Origin: a virus | Taxonomy: Duplodnaviria > Caudoviricetes | Virus record (IMG/VR): IMGVR_UViG_645948442_000001 | Location: 93,487-157,486 of that record | DNA: 64,000 nucleotides | Direction: 5' to 3' (one strand) | In this document: positions 9,847-19,096 of the stretch, piece after piece | Numbering within the stretch: position 1 is the first letter of the stretch | Layout: each line of letters opens with the position of its first letter | Program-made: the position numbers and the translations under genes | The notes under the pieces: generated by a model | Seen by the model: only the letters and a program-made list of their open reading frames with translations | Told to the model about the DNA's origin: nothing | Database searches by the model: none

Positions 9847-10020
9847 ATGAAGATGTTCACACGACTGATCGAAGATGAAAGCAAGTGCACCTGTGACCCA
9901 TACTTCTCCGCTGGATGTGATTGCGGCGAAGGCGGTTGTGGATGCAGTTGCTGCGTCACCTGCAACATGTGCGAGCACTGCCGCGAAGAGAAGGACGATG
10001 AGAATCAAGTTCAGCCATGA
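9847..10020 (+). CDS. cysteine-rich metallothionein-like microprotein (57 aa, 11 Cys)
   Basis: Hand translation MKMFTRLIEDESKCTCDPYFSAGCDCGEGGCGCSCCVTCNMCEHCREEKDDENQVQP; AAGGAG RBS; fills the gap between two genes. Confidence 0.65.
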   Translation: MKMFTRLIEDESKCTCDPYFSAGCDCGEGGCGCSCCVTCNMCEHCREEKDDENQVQP

Positions 10021-10375
10021 CCAACAGGATGTGCTAGGCTGGCGCCTGGCCATGTCCGACGAAATCCGACAGGTGTTCGAGGACACCAAGGGTCTGGAGC
10101 ACCTGGCCCCTGATGTGCTGGTACGAGCTGATGAGATGTACCGCCAGTTGAACAACTTCCTCTACATCGATGTCGAGCACTGCGACTTGGACATCGAGAT
10201 ACTGTGCGAGGCCCTCGCAGGCACCACTTGGCTGGCTCTGTTTGACCCGGCCAACGACACCCGCAACCACGCCAAGCGTTTCTCTGCGGCCAAGACCAGA
10301 CTCAAGAACACATGGTTGGTGATCGCCAGGGCTTTTAACCTGCCTGAAGACCACATCATACTCCCGGAGTGCTGA
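9998..10375 (+). CDS. hypothetical protein
   Basis: ATG 9998 preceded by AGAAGGA. Confidence 0.65.
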   Translation: MRIKFSHDQQDVLGWRLAMSDEIRQVFEDTKGLEHLAPDVLVRADEMYRQLNNFLYIDVEHCDLDIEILCEALAGTTWLALFDPANDTRNHAKRFSAAKTRLKNTWLVIARAFNLPEDHIILPEC

Positions 10376-10442
10376 CCATTCCCCTACAGCCCGGTTGGTC
10401 AACCCGATCAGGTATAATTGCCACACATACAAGGACTCACAC

Positions 10443-10853
10443 ATGACTCTCGACACAAACAAGACCATGACGCCAGACAGCGTCAAGCCAGCGGGCCGCA
10501 TCACCCTCTCATTGCAGCCATACGACAGCACGTTGAAGGTGACCCACCCCAAGACCAAGGGCGTGTACTTCTGCCTGGTCACGGACGATGCAGGCAGCAG
10601 CAAATTCTACCAGACTCTGCTGTGGGACAGCGGCAACTGGAGAATCCAGCGTTCGTTCGGGGCAATCGCTCACAGAACGGTCCTGGCCTGGTCGCCCATT
10701 GATGAGGAACCCACGGCATGGGATGCCTTCATCCAACAGCAGATGGATGAGTGCCGCAAGCGCGAGCGACGCAACATCCTGTCCGAACAGATCGTCAACA
10801 AGCGTGCTGAGCTCAACGAGCTCGAGCAGGAACTCAACCAACTGAGGGGATAG
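10443..10853 (+). CDS. DUF551-like domain plus coiled-coil protein (family C, short form)
   Basis: PKTKGVYFCLV...LLWDSGNW...VLAW then coiled coil. Confidence 0.7.
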   Translation: MTLDTNKTMTPDSVKPAGRITLSLQPYDSTLKVTHPKTKGVYFCLVTDDAGSSKFYQTLLWDSGNWRIQRSFGAIAHRTVLAWSPIDEEPTAWDAFIQQQMDECRKRERRNILSEQIVNKRAELNELEQELNQLRG

Positions 10854-10855
10854 AA

Positions 10856-11824
10856 ATGAGTGGATTCATTCGTCAAGCCGGTCCAAGTGGTCAAATCGCA
10901 ATCGGCAGCCTGGAATGGCACCAGGCCTGGAAGTGGTTCATCGAAGCTACCAAAGCCGCAGGCTACACGGTCGTCGATGCCGGGATCGACGCAACCCACA
11001 GCGTGCTGGTCAAAGATGTGGAGCGACAAGCGCACCTGTTCAACGGCCAGACCATCATTCCACGCAGTCTGACCCGCTCGGACGACCAGATGTGGTTCAA
11101 CTTCTCGCTGGGCTGTGGCGAGCATGCTGAGCCCAGGTACAACCCATTGGTCGATGTGTCCGGCGAGATCATGTTCAAGTCCCCGAACTGGGACACCATC
11201 TGGGGTGACTTCATCTGGTTCACAGACTGCGGCATGAAGCTGGGTGGTCGCATCGAGAACATCCCTGCAGGCGCTGAGGTCCGTCGCCGCCTGGTGACCC
11301 AGGGTGATGACCTGTTCACCGCCATCAACGACCATCACCACTACAACGCAGTCATCAGGCCTTACAGCATCATGAGGTCTGAATTGGCAGCGGGCAAGAT
11401 GCAACTCATCCTGACCTACGTGATCGAGAGCGAAATCCCAGACCGCTCTCTGGATGTAGGTGTGAAGTTACACCACTACAACCATCTCTACCAGGATACT
11501 CGCCCCAAGAAGGCTGGCGACTACATCTGCTTGATCTCAGGCACAGGCCGCATCCACTGGCGCTTGCTTGCATGGGACGGTCACGATTGGAAGGGTGGAC
11601 AGGGTGGTGACATCTACCCTGCCTCCTGGGTGATGGCCTATGGCCAGACAGACATCGTTGCGGACGAGGCCTGGAGGAAATTCAACGAGATGCGCAAGCG
11701 TGATTCCTTGGTGGCCGAGCAGCAACAGTTGACCAAGCAGATCGATGCTGCCCGGTTGTCCCTGGAGAATCTGATCAAGAAGCAGGCAGAGCTCAACCTC
11801 AGGATCGACGATGTTGACGGCTGA
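10856..11824 (+). CDS. family C modular protein
   Basis: N-terminal GPSGQI...SLEWHQAWK; C-terminal PKKAGDYICL..LAWDG..W plus coiled coil. Confidence 0.8.
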   Translation: MSGFIRQAGPSGQIAIGSLEWHQAWKWFIEATKAAGYTVVDAGIDATHSVLVKDVERQAHLFNGQTIIPRSLTRSDDQMWFNFSLGCGEHAEPRYNPLVDVSGEIMFKSPNWDTIWGDFIWFTDCGMKLGGRIENIPAGAEVRRRLVTQGDDLFTAINDHHHYNAVIRPYSIMRSELAAGKMQLILTYVIESEIPDRSLDVGVKLHHYNHLYQDTRPKKAGDYICLISGTGRIHWRLLAWDGHDWKGGQGGDIYPASWVMAYGQTDIVADEAWRKFNEMRKRDSLVAEQQQLTKQIDAARLSLENLIKKQAELNLRIDDVDG

Positions 11825-12140
11825 CGTCGCCCGGCAGCGCGCCGAGGAGCGGGCCAAGGTCAAGCGGGAGGCAGCCCACAAGCTGTACCTGCACGACCTC
11901 GCCAGGCGTGAACCATGGGCTGTCCTCAACAGGAAGATTCTCAATGACATCGAACGGTCGATGGACAATGGTGGCTTCCGCGTCTACATCAGGCCTGACA
12001 GGGAATACTTCAACGGCCAACCGGACCGGCACGCCCTGTTCGAGTGCAACCGATACCTGCTGACTATGGGGTTTGATACTGACATCAACTTCAACTACGG
12101 CAGCCCCATTGAAAACAAACTTGTTGTGAAATGGACTTGA
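11811..12140 (+). CDS. hypothetical protein
   Basis: Overlapping ORF in operon. Confidence 0.65.
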   Translation: MLTADVARQRAEERAKVKREAAHKLYLHDLARREPWAVLNRKILNDIERSMDNGGFRVYIRPDREYFNGQPDRHALFECNRYLLTMGFDTDINFNYGSPIENKLVVKWT

Positions 12141-12141
12141 T

Positions 12142-12318
12142 ATGACCTACATCATGCTGATAGTGTTCACCCTTGTGAATGGTGATGCTATTCACACCCA
12201 ACAGGTCCAGTTCACCAGCGCCAACGTGGCTGCTGAGGGGTTGGCCCACTGTCGAGCGAAGGCAGCCATCAGGCGACCGACCTACAACATGGAGTGTCAA
12301 CCGCTCTGGACCAACTGA
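12142..12318 (+). CDS. small protein with hydrophobic N-terminus (possibly exported)
   Basis: Hand translation MTYIMLIVFTLVNGDAIHTQQVQFTS...; ends just before a terminator. Confidence 0.55.
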   Translation: MTYIMLIVFTLVNGDAIHTQQVQFTSANVAAEGLAHCRAKAAIRRPTYNMECQPLWTN

Positions 12319-12322
12319 ACGC

Positions 12323-12376
12323 AAAGCCCCTTCCCCGTGAAGGGGCTTTTGCTTTTGGTCGGAGTCAAGCTATAAT
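12323..12376 (+). promoter_or_regulatory. terminator plus promoter cassette
   Basis: Hairpin then TCAAGCTATAAT. Confidence 0.8.
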
Positions 12377-12408
12377 TCGCCTACCTCAAACAACACTGGA
12401 GCATTGAC

Positions 12409-12729
12409 ATGATCACCAACTTCTACATGAACAACGAAGACTACGTCATCATGGACAACCATGATGACGGCGGCTCCATCCTGGTCGCGCCCTTTCACGA
12501 CCAAGCCAACGTGCTGATGACGGTCACCCAAGACCTCGCTGTGTTGGACAAGAGCGGCAAGCAGATCGGTCAGATGCAATCCTTCAACGGCGTGATCCGT
12601 CTGATCCAGTTCGACTACACAGAGTTCGTGGCTCCTGTGGCCGAGACCCCCTTCGTGCGGTACAACGAAGCCCTGGACGAGATCGTCAAGGAAACCTTCC
12701 GCTGGTATGCCCTTCATGACTGTCTCTGA
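12409..12729 (+). CDS. hypothetical protein
   Basis: TGGAG RBS. Confidence 0.75.
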   Translation: MITNFYMNNEDYVIMDNHDDGGSILVAPFHDQANVLMTVTQDLAVLDKSGKQIGQMQSFNGVIRLIQFDYTEFVAPVAETPFVRYNEALDEIVKETFRWYALHDCL

Positions 12730-12820
12730 CCCCTGGTGTGGCCGGGTGTATTCCGTTAGAAACCCACCTGGCCCTTACAACCTTCCCTCAACGCAACATC
12801 CCCGATAGGATCACACGAGA

Positions 12821-13216
12821 ATGTCCGACAAAGAAGAGAGCAAGGGCCTGAAGCTGCTCAGGCAATTCTGCCATGACTACAGGCACTGGGTGGAGGAGGG
12901 TGCAAACCCGCATTCAACCTTCAAACGCCACAGCGGTCTGTGCCACATGTTCTCCCAGTGGGTTGATCAATGTCATGGCGGGGTGGGTTACTATGAGGGT
13001 ATGGCTGAGATGAGCAGCCTGTTCAGCCAATACCCCAACTCCGGCTACCCATTCGGCGGCAATGTGGCTTTCTACGACGAGGGCGCTAACAACACCAAAC
13101 ACAAGAACCCGCTGCGGCTGGCGTTTGTCAATCACCTGGCCGATGGGGAGACCGGCGCACCCAACAAGGGGCTGGCCTACCAATTCCATCGGTTCAAGTA
13201 CTGGCTCAAGTACTGA
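12821..13216 (+). CDS. family B protein (WV..G..H..F...GLC / YPFGG)
   Basis: Clear paralogy with the 13871 and 15288 ORFs. Confidence 0.8.
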   Translation: MSDKEESKGLKLLRQFCHDYRHWVEEGANPHSTFKRHSGLCHMFSQWVDQCHGGVGYYEGMAEMSSLFSQYPNSGYPFGGNVAFYDEGANNTKHKNPLRLAFVNHLADGETGAPNKGLAYQFHRFKYWLKY

Positions 13217-13221
13217 TCATC

Positions 13222-13277
13222 AAAGCCCCTTCAACCGAAGGGGCTTTTGTTCGTCTGGGTCTCAAATCAAGTATAAT
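13222..13277 (+). promoter_or_regulatory. terminator plus promoter cassette
   Basis: Hairpin then TCAAGTATAAT. Confidence 0.75.
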
Positions 13278-13321
13278 TCCCCTTGAGCAATCTCGCTCTA
13301 TTGTGAAACTTCAACCTACAC

Positions 13322-13528
13322 ATGACTCTCGCAACCTACATCATCCTGATCGTGAACGCCATCGTTGGTGCCATTGGTGGAACCATCATATACAAGATCA
13401 TGCTCCTGGGTGATGAACCTGTAAGCAAGCACGTGAAAGTCATCCTGTGGATAGTGCTGTTTGTCTGTATCACCCTGATGGGCGTCGGCTTCAGCGCTGA
13501 CCTGATTCAAAATACACTGGAGCATTGA
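13322..13528 (+). CDS. small two-TM membrane protein
   Basis: Two hydrophobic helices; single-gene cassette. Confidence 0.7.
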   Translation: MTLATYIILIVNAIVGAIGGTIIYKIMLLGDEPVSKHVKVILWIVLFVCITLMGVGFSADLIQNTLEH

Positions 13529-13540
13529 TGTAACCTGACC

Positions 13541-13582
13541 AAAGCCCCTTCGCCCGAAGGGGCTTCTCTCATCCACTATAAT
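13541..13582 (+). promoter_or_regulatory. hairpin plus promoter cassette driving a probable leaderless gene
   Basis: TATAAT at 13577-13582 lies 7 nt before ATG 13590. Confidence 0.7.
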
Positions 13583-13589
13583 CACTGCT

Positions 13590-13868
13590 ATGAAAAAGAA
13601 CCCAACCACAACCCATGACGTCGTCAGCGATGCTGAACTGGTCGAGGCCTTCAAGGGCACCAACTTCGGCACTGATGATGTCGTCTTCTTCCGCGAGATG
13701 CTCCAGGCGTCTGTGCTCCAGCAGGCTTGCGGATGCTCCTGTGGCCACACTATCACCGGTGTCATGGTGGAGCTCAAGCTGATCGGACCCAATTTCCACA
13801 TGCCCACCAAGAAGGGCCAGCGCCTGATGCGCCTGGCTTTCCATAAACAACTCAAGAAGGCAGGCTGA
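13590..13868 (+). CDS. hypothetical protein (probably leaderless)
   Basis: ORF starts at the predicted TSS. Confidence 0.7.
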   Translation: MKKNPTTTHDVVSDAELVEAFKGTNFGTDDVVFFREMLQASVLQQACGCSCGHTITGVMVELKLIGPNFHMPTKKGQRLMRLAFHKQLKKAG

Positions 13869-13870
13869 CC

Positions 13871-14263
13871 ATGCGCTTCCGTTCCCGCCATATGTCTCAA
13901 ACCCAGAAGAGCCTTCTGGGTGGCTTCGCCAAAGCCTATGACGATTGGGTCAAGGCTGGTGCGCCCAACCACAAACCATTCAACCGCAGCAATGGCCTCT
14001 GCCGCAATCTGCTGCATTGGGTCGAGTGGAAGGGGCTGGAGCGAGAGAACCTGAGCGCGGCCATGTCTCGCTCCTGGGGCATCTTCACTAGCTACCCGTT
14101 CGGTGGATCCACAGCCTACCAGATCGAGGAGATGAGTGGGCTGCTACATCACAACACTCAACGCATGCAGTGGATCGATTGGGCCAAGGCCGGGTGCAAG
14201 CATCAACGTGCCTGGTGGGAGCGAGACAAAGATGATGTCGAATGGTGGATGAGGTACGCATGA
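13871..14263 (+). CDS. family B protein
   Basis: WVKAGAPNHKPF..GLC..YPFGG..HHN..R..WI. Confidence 0.8.
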   Translation: MRFRSRHMSQTQKSLLGGFAKAYDDWVKAGAPNHKPFNRSNGLCRNLLHWVEWKGLERENLSAAMSRSWGIFTSYPFGGSTAYQIEEMSGLLHHNTQRMQWIDWAKAGCKHQRAWWERDKDDVEWWMRYA

Positions 14264-15285
14264 TCCCAACCCAAACTCTCAACACAACTCGTCAAGAAAG
14301 TGGTCAAGCCATGAATAAGCAATACAGTGAACGGCTGTCCAGCCAAGGCCCGGTTGGTGAAGTCACCAACCACATCGAGGTTGTCACGGCCTGGGCTGCT
14401 GTCATGGAAGCCACTGGCGCCCATTCCATCACTGCCAAGTCAACCGATTCTATGCGGTTGCTGTTGAGCGAGAAGGGGTACAAATCCCACTCGACCTTCC
14501 TGAGCGAGATTCTGGCAGGCACGGCGGCACAGCGTCGGGGGCTTCGCATCATCCCTGAGAAGGTGTTCCGCAACAATGGCCACCTCATGATATCGTACCA
14601 GTCTGTCCCGATCCATGCGGCGGAGGATATGGGCATCTACGGCAGCCAGTTGACTTACAAGCACATCAACGGCCCCACCGGGTTGCTGCCTGCCAAAGAA
14701 TACAGTCAGGTGTTCGAGGACTTTGCCTGGTTCAACGGCTTCACCATGGGCACTCCAGACCCTGGCCGCACGAGGCCTGTGCAGCGGGTTTACATCGACT
14801 CGTTGGGCGCATTGGAGTACCCCGCCGCATGTTCAGTCGGCCCTGATGTTGTCCTGCATCCCATCTCCGCCGAGAGGGTGTCGGGCGGTCTGGAATTGCT
14901 CTTCTCTCTGTCCAACAAGCCCAGGGTGGACCTGAGCAAGTTCACCCTGGCAAGCGACAAGATGCCGGAGAAGGATGGAGCCTACTGGGTTCTGGGTCGC
15001 GATCACAACAAGAAGAACTTCTTGGTGTGCACTGGCTGGGATTCTGAGTGCAAGCGCTGGACCATCAACGACGGGACGCGCGCCAACCGTGAAATCCTGA
15101 TGTGGTTGCCACTGGAGGAGCCTGTGACCCTCAGCGAGCTGGTCATCCACTACGAGAAGGCCAAGGGTCTCAGCGACCAGCGCAAGAAGCTCAACACACT
15201 GGAGCGCGACCGGAAGCAGATCGAGCACCAGCTGGCCGAGAACACACGCATGATCGAAGAGGTCAAGCAGAGCCTGGGGTTGTGA
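14260..15285 (+). CDS. family C modular protein
   Basis: GPVGEV...AW; PEKDGAYWVL..GWDS..W..MWLP; coiled coil. Confidence 0.8.
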   Translation: MIPTQTLNTTRQESGQAMNKQYSERLSSQGPVGEVTNHIEVVTAWAAVMEATGAHSITAKSTDSMRLLLSEKGYKSHSTFLSEILAGTAAQRRGLRIIPEKVFRNNGHLMISYQSVPIHAAEDMGIYGSQLTYKHINGPTGLLPAKEYSQVFEDFAWFNGFTMGTPDPGRTRPVQRVYIDSLGALEYPAACSVGPDVVLHPISAERVSGGLELLFSLSNKPRVDLSKFTLASDKMPEKDGAYWVLGRDHNKKNFLVCTGWDSECKRWTINDGTRANREILMWLPLEEPVTLSELVIHYEKAKGLSDQRKKLNTLERDRKQIEHQLAENTRMIEEVKQSLGL

Positions 15286-15287
15286 AC

Positions 15288-15707
15288 ATGGACAACAACC
15301 CTCACATGGATGCTCTGATCCAGCAGTTCGCCCAGGAGTACCGTCACTGGGTGGTCGCTGGTTGCCCTGATCACCCTTGCTTCAAGAAGGAGGATGGTCT
15401 GTGCTATGCGGTGTCTGCATGGTACAACCGCAAGAGCCCAGACAACCCATGGGGTGACCTCAAGCTGTCCTTCTACATGCAAGACCATCTGTTCGCCAAG
15501 GGGGAGAAGCTGGTCAAATACCCCTTTGGCGGAGTGGAATTGTACATCCATGAGTACAAGAAGCAGCGGATGCCGTATAATCCTCTGCGTATGGCTTGGA
15601 TCGAAGCCAAGGCTGATGGCGTCCTAGGCGTGCCGCCAATCAGCTGGTCCACCCGTTGGAAACATCTGATCTACATCATCAAGAACAGACTAGCAATAGG
15701 ATTCTGA
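15288..15707 (+). CDS. family B protein
   Basis: YRHWVVAGCPDHPCF..GLC..YPFGG..NPLRMAWI. Confidence 0.8.
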   Translation: MDNNPHMDALIQQFAQEYRHWVVAGCPDHPCFKKEDGLCYAVSAWYNRKSPDNPWGDLKLSFYMQDHLFAKGEKLVKYPFGGVELYIHEYKKQRMPYNPLRMAWIEAKADGVLGVPPISWSTRWKHLIYIIKNRLAIGF

Positions 15708-15708
15708 T

Positions 15709-16686
15709 ATGACCAATCAAATCATCAAGAACGAAGGCCCTGTTGGCCACGTGGCCGTGAACTCCCTCGAATGGGAACTGGCCTGGAAGCATTTGAAGCA
15801 GGTGACAGGGGCTGGTGTGATAGGGGACCGCCATGACCCCAGACACCACCCACTCAATACCAACCGGCAAACGTTGACCCTGGATCGCATCAACGAGCAC
15901 AAGTTCAACAAGGAGACTGTGCTGGTACCAGTCTCATTGGAGCGAGTGAGGTTGGTTCCTTCGACCATCCTGCTGCGTTTCGACTTCGTCGTCATCAACC
16001 TGTCTGAACTCAGCACAACCGTCCGCACCAGCGACTACCCTGACACCAGCACTTGGGCAGGGATGAAAAACACCCCAGACTACGAGGCCAGGGTTTGGAA
16101 GGACTTGATTTGGGCCACACCCAATCACGGGTTGACTCTGAGCTCCAAGGTGGGCCAGGGTGCCATTTTAGTGGACAAGGTGCCCATGCAGACAGTGTCT
16201 CTGCACATCAGGAAGCCCGAGGAGATGGTCGATGCTCTGAAGTGTGTGCCATATGGTGCCACCATCCATCCGATCATCAGGACGGTGAACACTGCTTCCC
16301 TGGGCAGCGACAGCCTGTATCTGCACTTCGGTTGGACACCCGCAGCCGTGGCCGACACCAGCGACGGGTTCAAGCTGTTCCCCCACAACAAGCCAGGCCG
16401 TGGTGGGGTGTACTGGTGTCTGATGTCCAACAACAAGATTCGCCAGCTGCACTGGAATGACGTTGACCGGAAGTGGGTCAACACCATGGGCTACAACATC
16501 AGCGAGATGGTGTGCATGTTCAAGGAAGCCGTCTGCCCTTACAGCGTCGAGCAGCTGGTTGCCTCCTACGAGGCCCAGATCAAGGAAGCCGACAAGGAGG
16601 CCAGGAAGGCGAAGCTGGTTGAGAAGCTGGGGGTGTTGCGCATCCAGCAGGAGGCCCTGGAAAAGCAACTGAAGCAACTGGGATGA
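15709..16686 (+). CDS. family C modular protein
   Basis: GPVGHV..SLEWELAWK; PGRGGVYWCL..LHW..W; coiled coil. Confidence 0.8.
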   Translation: MTNQIIKNEGPVGHVAVNSLEWELAWKHLKQVTGAGVIGDRHDPRHHPLNTNRQTLTLDRINEHKFNKETVLVPVSLERVRLVPSTILLRFDFVVINLSELSTTVRTSDYPDTSTWAGMKNTPDYEARVWKDLIWATPNHGLTLSSKVGQGAILVDKVPMQTVSLHIRKPEEMVDALKCVPYGATIHPIIRTVNTASLGSDSLYLHFGWTPAAVADTSDGFKLFPHNKPGRGGVYWCLMSNNKIRQLHWNDVDRKWVNTMGYNISEMVCMFKEAVCPYSVEQLVASYEAQIKEADKEARKAKLVEKLGVLRIQQEALEKQLKQLG

Positions 16687-16690
16687 CATC

Positions 16691-17410
16691 ATGAGCTATC
16701 AATCTGACATACAAAACCTGATCGGCCGCTACACCCCATCTTCCTCTGAAGCCTGGGGCCGCATCTGGTTGCCCGTCGCTCGGAGGATGGACCTGGGGTT
16801 GGTTGCCTCGGAGAAGCACTTCAACGAGCACAACCCTCCTGCCATCGGGTCTGAGATCAAGTTCGAGGGCGAGACCTACAGGGTCAAGCAGTTGACTCTC
16901 ACCAACGATGCGGACATCCAAAGGCTGGCTGCCCACAGCTCGGGAAAGCTGATCGCCCTGCACTGCTACGTGAAGGATGAGCACAACCGACGCCATGCAG
17001 TCCTTCACTACGCCATCCAGTCTGACCTCAAGGGGTTCAAGCTGTTTGACATCGGTGACCAGAGTTGCATGCCTGAGATGCCAGGCGCCTACGCCTGCTT
17101 CACCCGCGATCTCAACGTACAGCTGTTGGTCTGGACGACAGACCCCATGCCCACCAGCGGTGGTTGGGATTGGGAGTGGAGGCGGCCAGGCATCAGCAAT
17201 GACCGTATCCCAGCCGAGAACGTGCTGCTGTTCCACCCCAACCGTATCCTTGTCCCCAAGTCGATCGCGCTGAAGAGGGGCTACGACGACCTGCTCAACC
17301 ACCGCACCAAGGCCAAGCACCTGGAGCAGCTGAATGCTGAGATGGCCGAGCTTGACCGTCAGAGGCAAGAACTGCAGGCCCGCATCCACGCCGCCAAGCA
17401 ATCGAGCTGA
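16691..17410 (+). CDS. family C modular protein (divergent N-terminus)
   Basis: PEMPGAYACF..LLVW..W; coiled-coil tail. Confidence 0.75.
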   Translation: MSYQSDIQNLIGRYTPSSSEAWGRIWLPVARRMDLGLVASEKHFNEHNPPAIGSEIKFEGETYRVKQLTLTNDADIQRLAAHSSGKLIALHCYVKDEHNRRHAVLHYAIQSDLKGFKLFDIGDQSCMPEMPGAYACFTRDLNVQLLVWTTDPMPTSGGWDWEWRRPGISNDRIPAENVLLFHPNRILVPKSIALKRGYDDLLNHRTKAKHLEQLNAEMAELDRQRQELQARIHAAKQSS

Positions 17411-17486
17411 CGCAAGACCATTCTCAGAACGTTGATGAATTCTACGGTATAATTACTTCGTTGATGTTCATTTGGAGAATGGTATG

Positions 17487-17702
17487 ATAACGATGGCAGC
17501 CTTGTCGATCAATAACACAATCGTGCTCAAGAAGGTGTTCGCAAAGCGACCTGATGACACCCAGCTGGAGACCTGGCTGGAGGACAACTGGTCTGTCACC
17601 AGGCCTCACTGGAAGGACATCCGCGATCTGATCGAGCAACTGGTGTCCAAGAGCAAGAACGTGTCCGTGAAGCAAGGCGTGGTCACTCTGATGCTCGTCT
17701 GA
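17487..17702 (+). CDS. hypothetical protein
   Basis: TATAAT at ~17448 and TGGAG RBS; exact start codon uncertain. Confidence 0.55.
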   Translation: MTMAALSINNTIVLKKVFAKRPDDTQLETWLEDNWSVTRPHWKDIRDLIEQLVSKSKNVSVKQGVVTLMLV

Positions 17703-17704
17703 AC

Positions 17705-17757
17705 AAAGCCCCTCCAACCCGGAGGGGCTTTTGCTTTCTCGCGTCTCAAGCTATAAT
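17705..17757 (+). promoter_or_regulatory. terminator plus promoter cassette driving a probable leaderless gene
   Basis: TATAAT at 17752-17757, ATG 17765. Confidence 0.75.
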
Positions 17758-17764
17758 AGAGCCT

Positions 17765-18145
17765 ATGACCAAAACATTCAACCCATTCCGTGAGGCTCTG
17801 GCCTACCTGAACACCCCACACGATATGGACCGTGGCGGTATCAACCTCAAGGTCCGCAATTCCTTTGTGTGCTTCGCCATCGAGCGGGCTGGGGCCAATC
17901 TGAGCGATGAGAATCGGCATCTGTGTAAGATGGCCACGGCATACATCGATTCGATGATCATAACTGTCAAGTCCGATGACAGCCCCACTATCATCAAGTG
18001 GCTGCGGGTCAACAGCCCTGAATTCCGAGCATCTGAAGCCGGGACTAAAGACCATGCACTCAAGTACGATCTGCTGCAAGCGTACCGCTGGCGCTGGCTC
18101 ACCCACATGGCTGATCAGTACGACCAAGGTCTCATCAATCTCTGA
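17765..18145 (+). CDS. family A (FNPFREAL...QAYRWRWL) copy 1
   Basis: Tandem paralog. Confidence 0.8.
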   Translation: MTKTFNPFREALAYLNTPHDMDRGGINLKVRNSFVCFAIERAGANLSDENRHLCKMATAYIDSMIITVKSDDSPTIIKWLRVNSPEFRASEAGTKDHALKYDLLQAYRWRWLTHMADQYDQGLINL

Positions 18146-18155
18146 GGACAAACGA

Positions 18156-18512
18156 ATGACAAACAAATTCAACCCATTCCGAGAGGCGCTGGCCTACCTC
18201 AAGACCGCCCCAGGCTTCTATCGAGGCGAATACCCTCAACACCCAGATGCCAGGGAGGATGAGTTGCTGGCCATGCAACAGGTGGTCAGTCGCGGCCAAG
18301 ACATCGATGACCGCAGCATTGCTAGGAAGGCGATCATGCTCTTGAGGGACACCATGGCTCCCCACTCCAACTTCGAAGACTGGCTCAAGGCGCACATACC
18401 AGGAGTGAACACCGAGGACAAGGATGACGTACAGGTGCGACGCTTCGTCCTGCTGATCGAATTGGCCAATGACTACGACAACGGAACCATCCAATTCACT
18501 TCCAGGGTCTGA
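18156..18512 (+). CDS. family A copy 2
   Basis: MTNKFNPFREAL; GAGGA RBS. Confidence 0.8.
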   Translation: MTNKFNPFREALAYLKTAPGFYRGEYPQHPDAREDELLAMQQVVSRGQDIDDRSIARKAIMLLRDTMAPHSNFEDWLKAHIPGVNTEDKDDVQVRRFVLLIELANDYDNGTIQFTSRV

Positions 18513-18515
18513 ACA

Positions 18516-18713
18516 ATGATCATCACCGTCATTCTGCTGCTTGGCTGCGGCTCCTGGTTCGCCTTCAACGGCGTGTCTCTGCTTTTCAACCACAGCGGCG
18601 ACGCATCTACCATCCGTGGATTCTTCTACATGTTCCTGGGCATCATCATGCTGATTGCTGGAGGCATCCAAGCAAAGCAATCCTACATCAACATGTGCGG
18701 AGGCTGGGCATGA
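18516..18713 (+). CDS. small two-TM membrane protein
   Basis: Hydrophobic helices; ATGA overlap with the next gene. Confidence 0.7.
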   Translation: MIITVILLLGCGSWFAFNGVSLLFNHSGDASTIRGFFYMFLGIIMLIAGGIQAKQSYINMCGGWA

Positions 18714-19096
18714 ACGACAAATTCAACCCATTCCGAGAGGCGCTGACGTACCTCTACACCCTGCCCGGGCATGACCGTGGTGGTGTCCCGAGACACAAGG
18801 GGCCCAGAATGTTCATCTGTCAGTGCCTGGAGAGAGTAGAGGACAACCAGCGGTCCATCGTGTCTCCTGAGTTCCACCTCAAAGCTCAACAGTCCAAGGC
18901 TGCGGTGCGTCATGTCCAGAGGATGCTTGGTCGGAGTTGCCTTGTGGTCGAGAACTGGCTGAGCATCAACGTGCCTGGCTTCAAGGCTCAGCGGAGGAAG
19001 GACGGCAAGGCCATGGCCTACGATGTTCAAGCATACCGCTGGCGCTGGCTCAATCACATGGCTGATCAGTACGACAAAGGGGAGATCGAACTGTGA
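18710..19096 (+). CDS. family A copy 3
   Basis: MNDKFNPFREAL...QAYRWRWLNHMADQYDKG. Confidence 0.8.
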   Translation: MNDKFNPFREALTYLYTLPGHDRGGVPRHKGPRMFICQCLERVEDNQRSIVSPEFHLKAQQSKAAVRHVQRMLGRSCLVVENWLSINVPGFKAQRRKDGKAMAYDVQAYRWRWLNHMADQYDKGEIEL

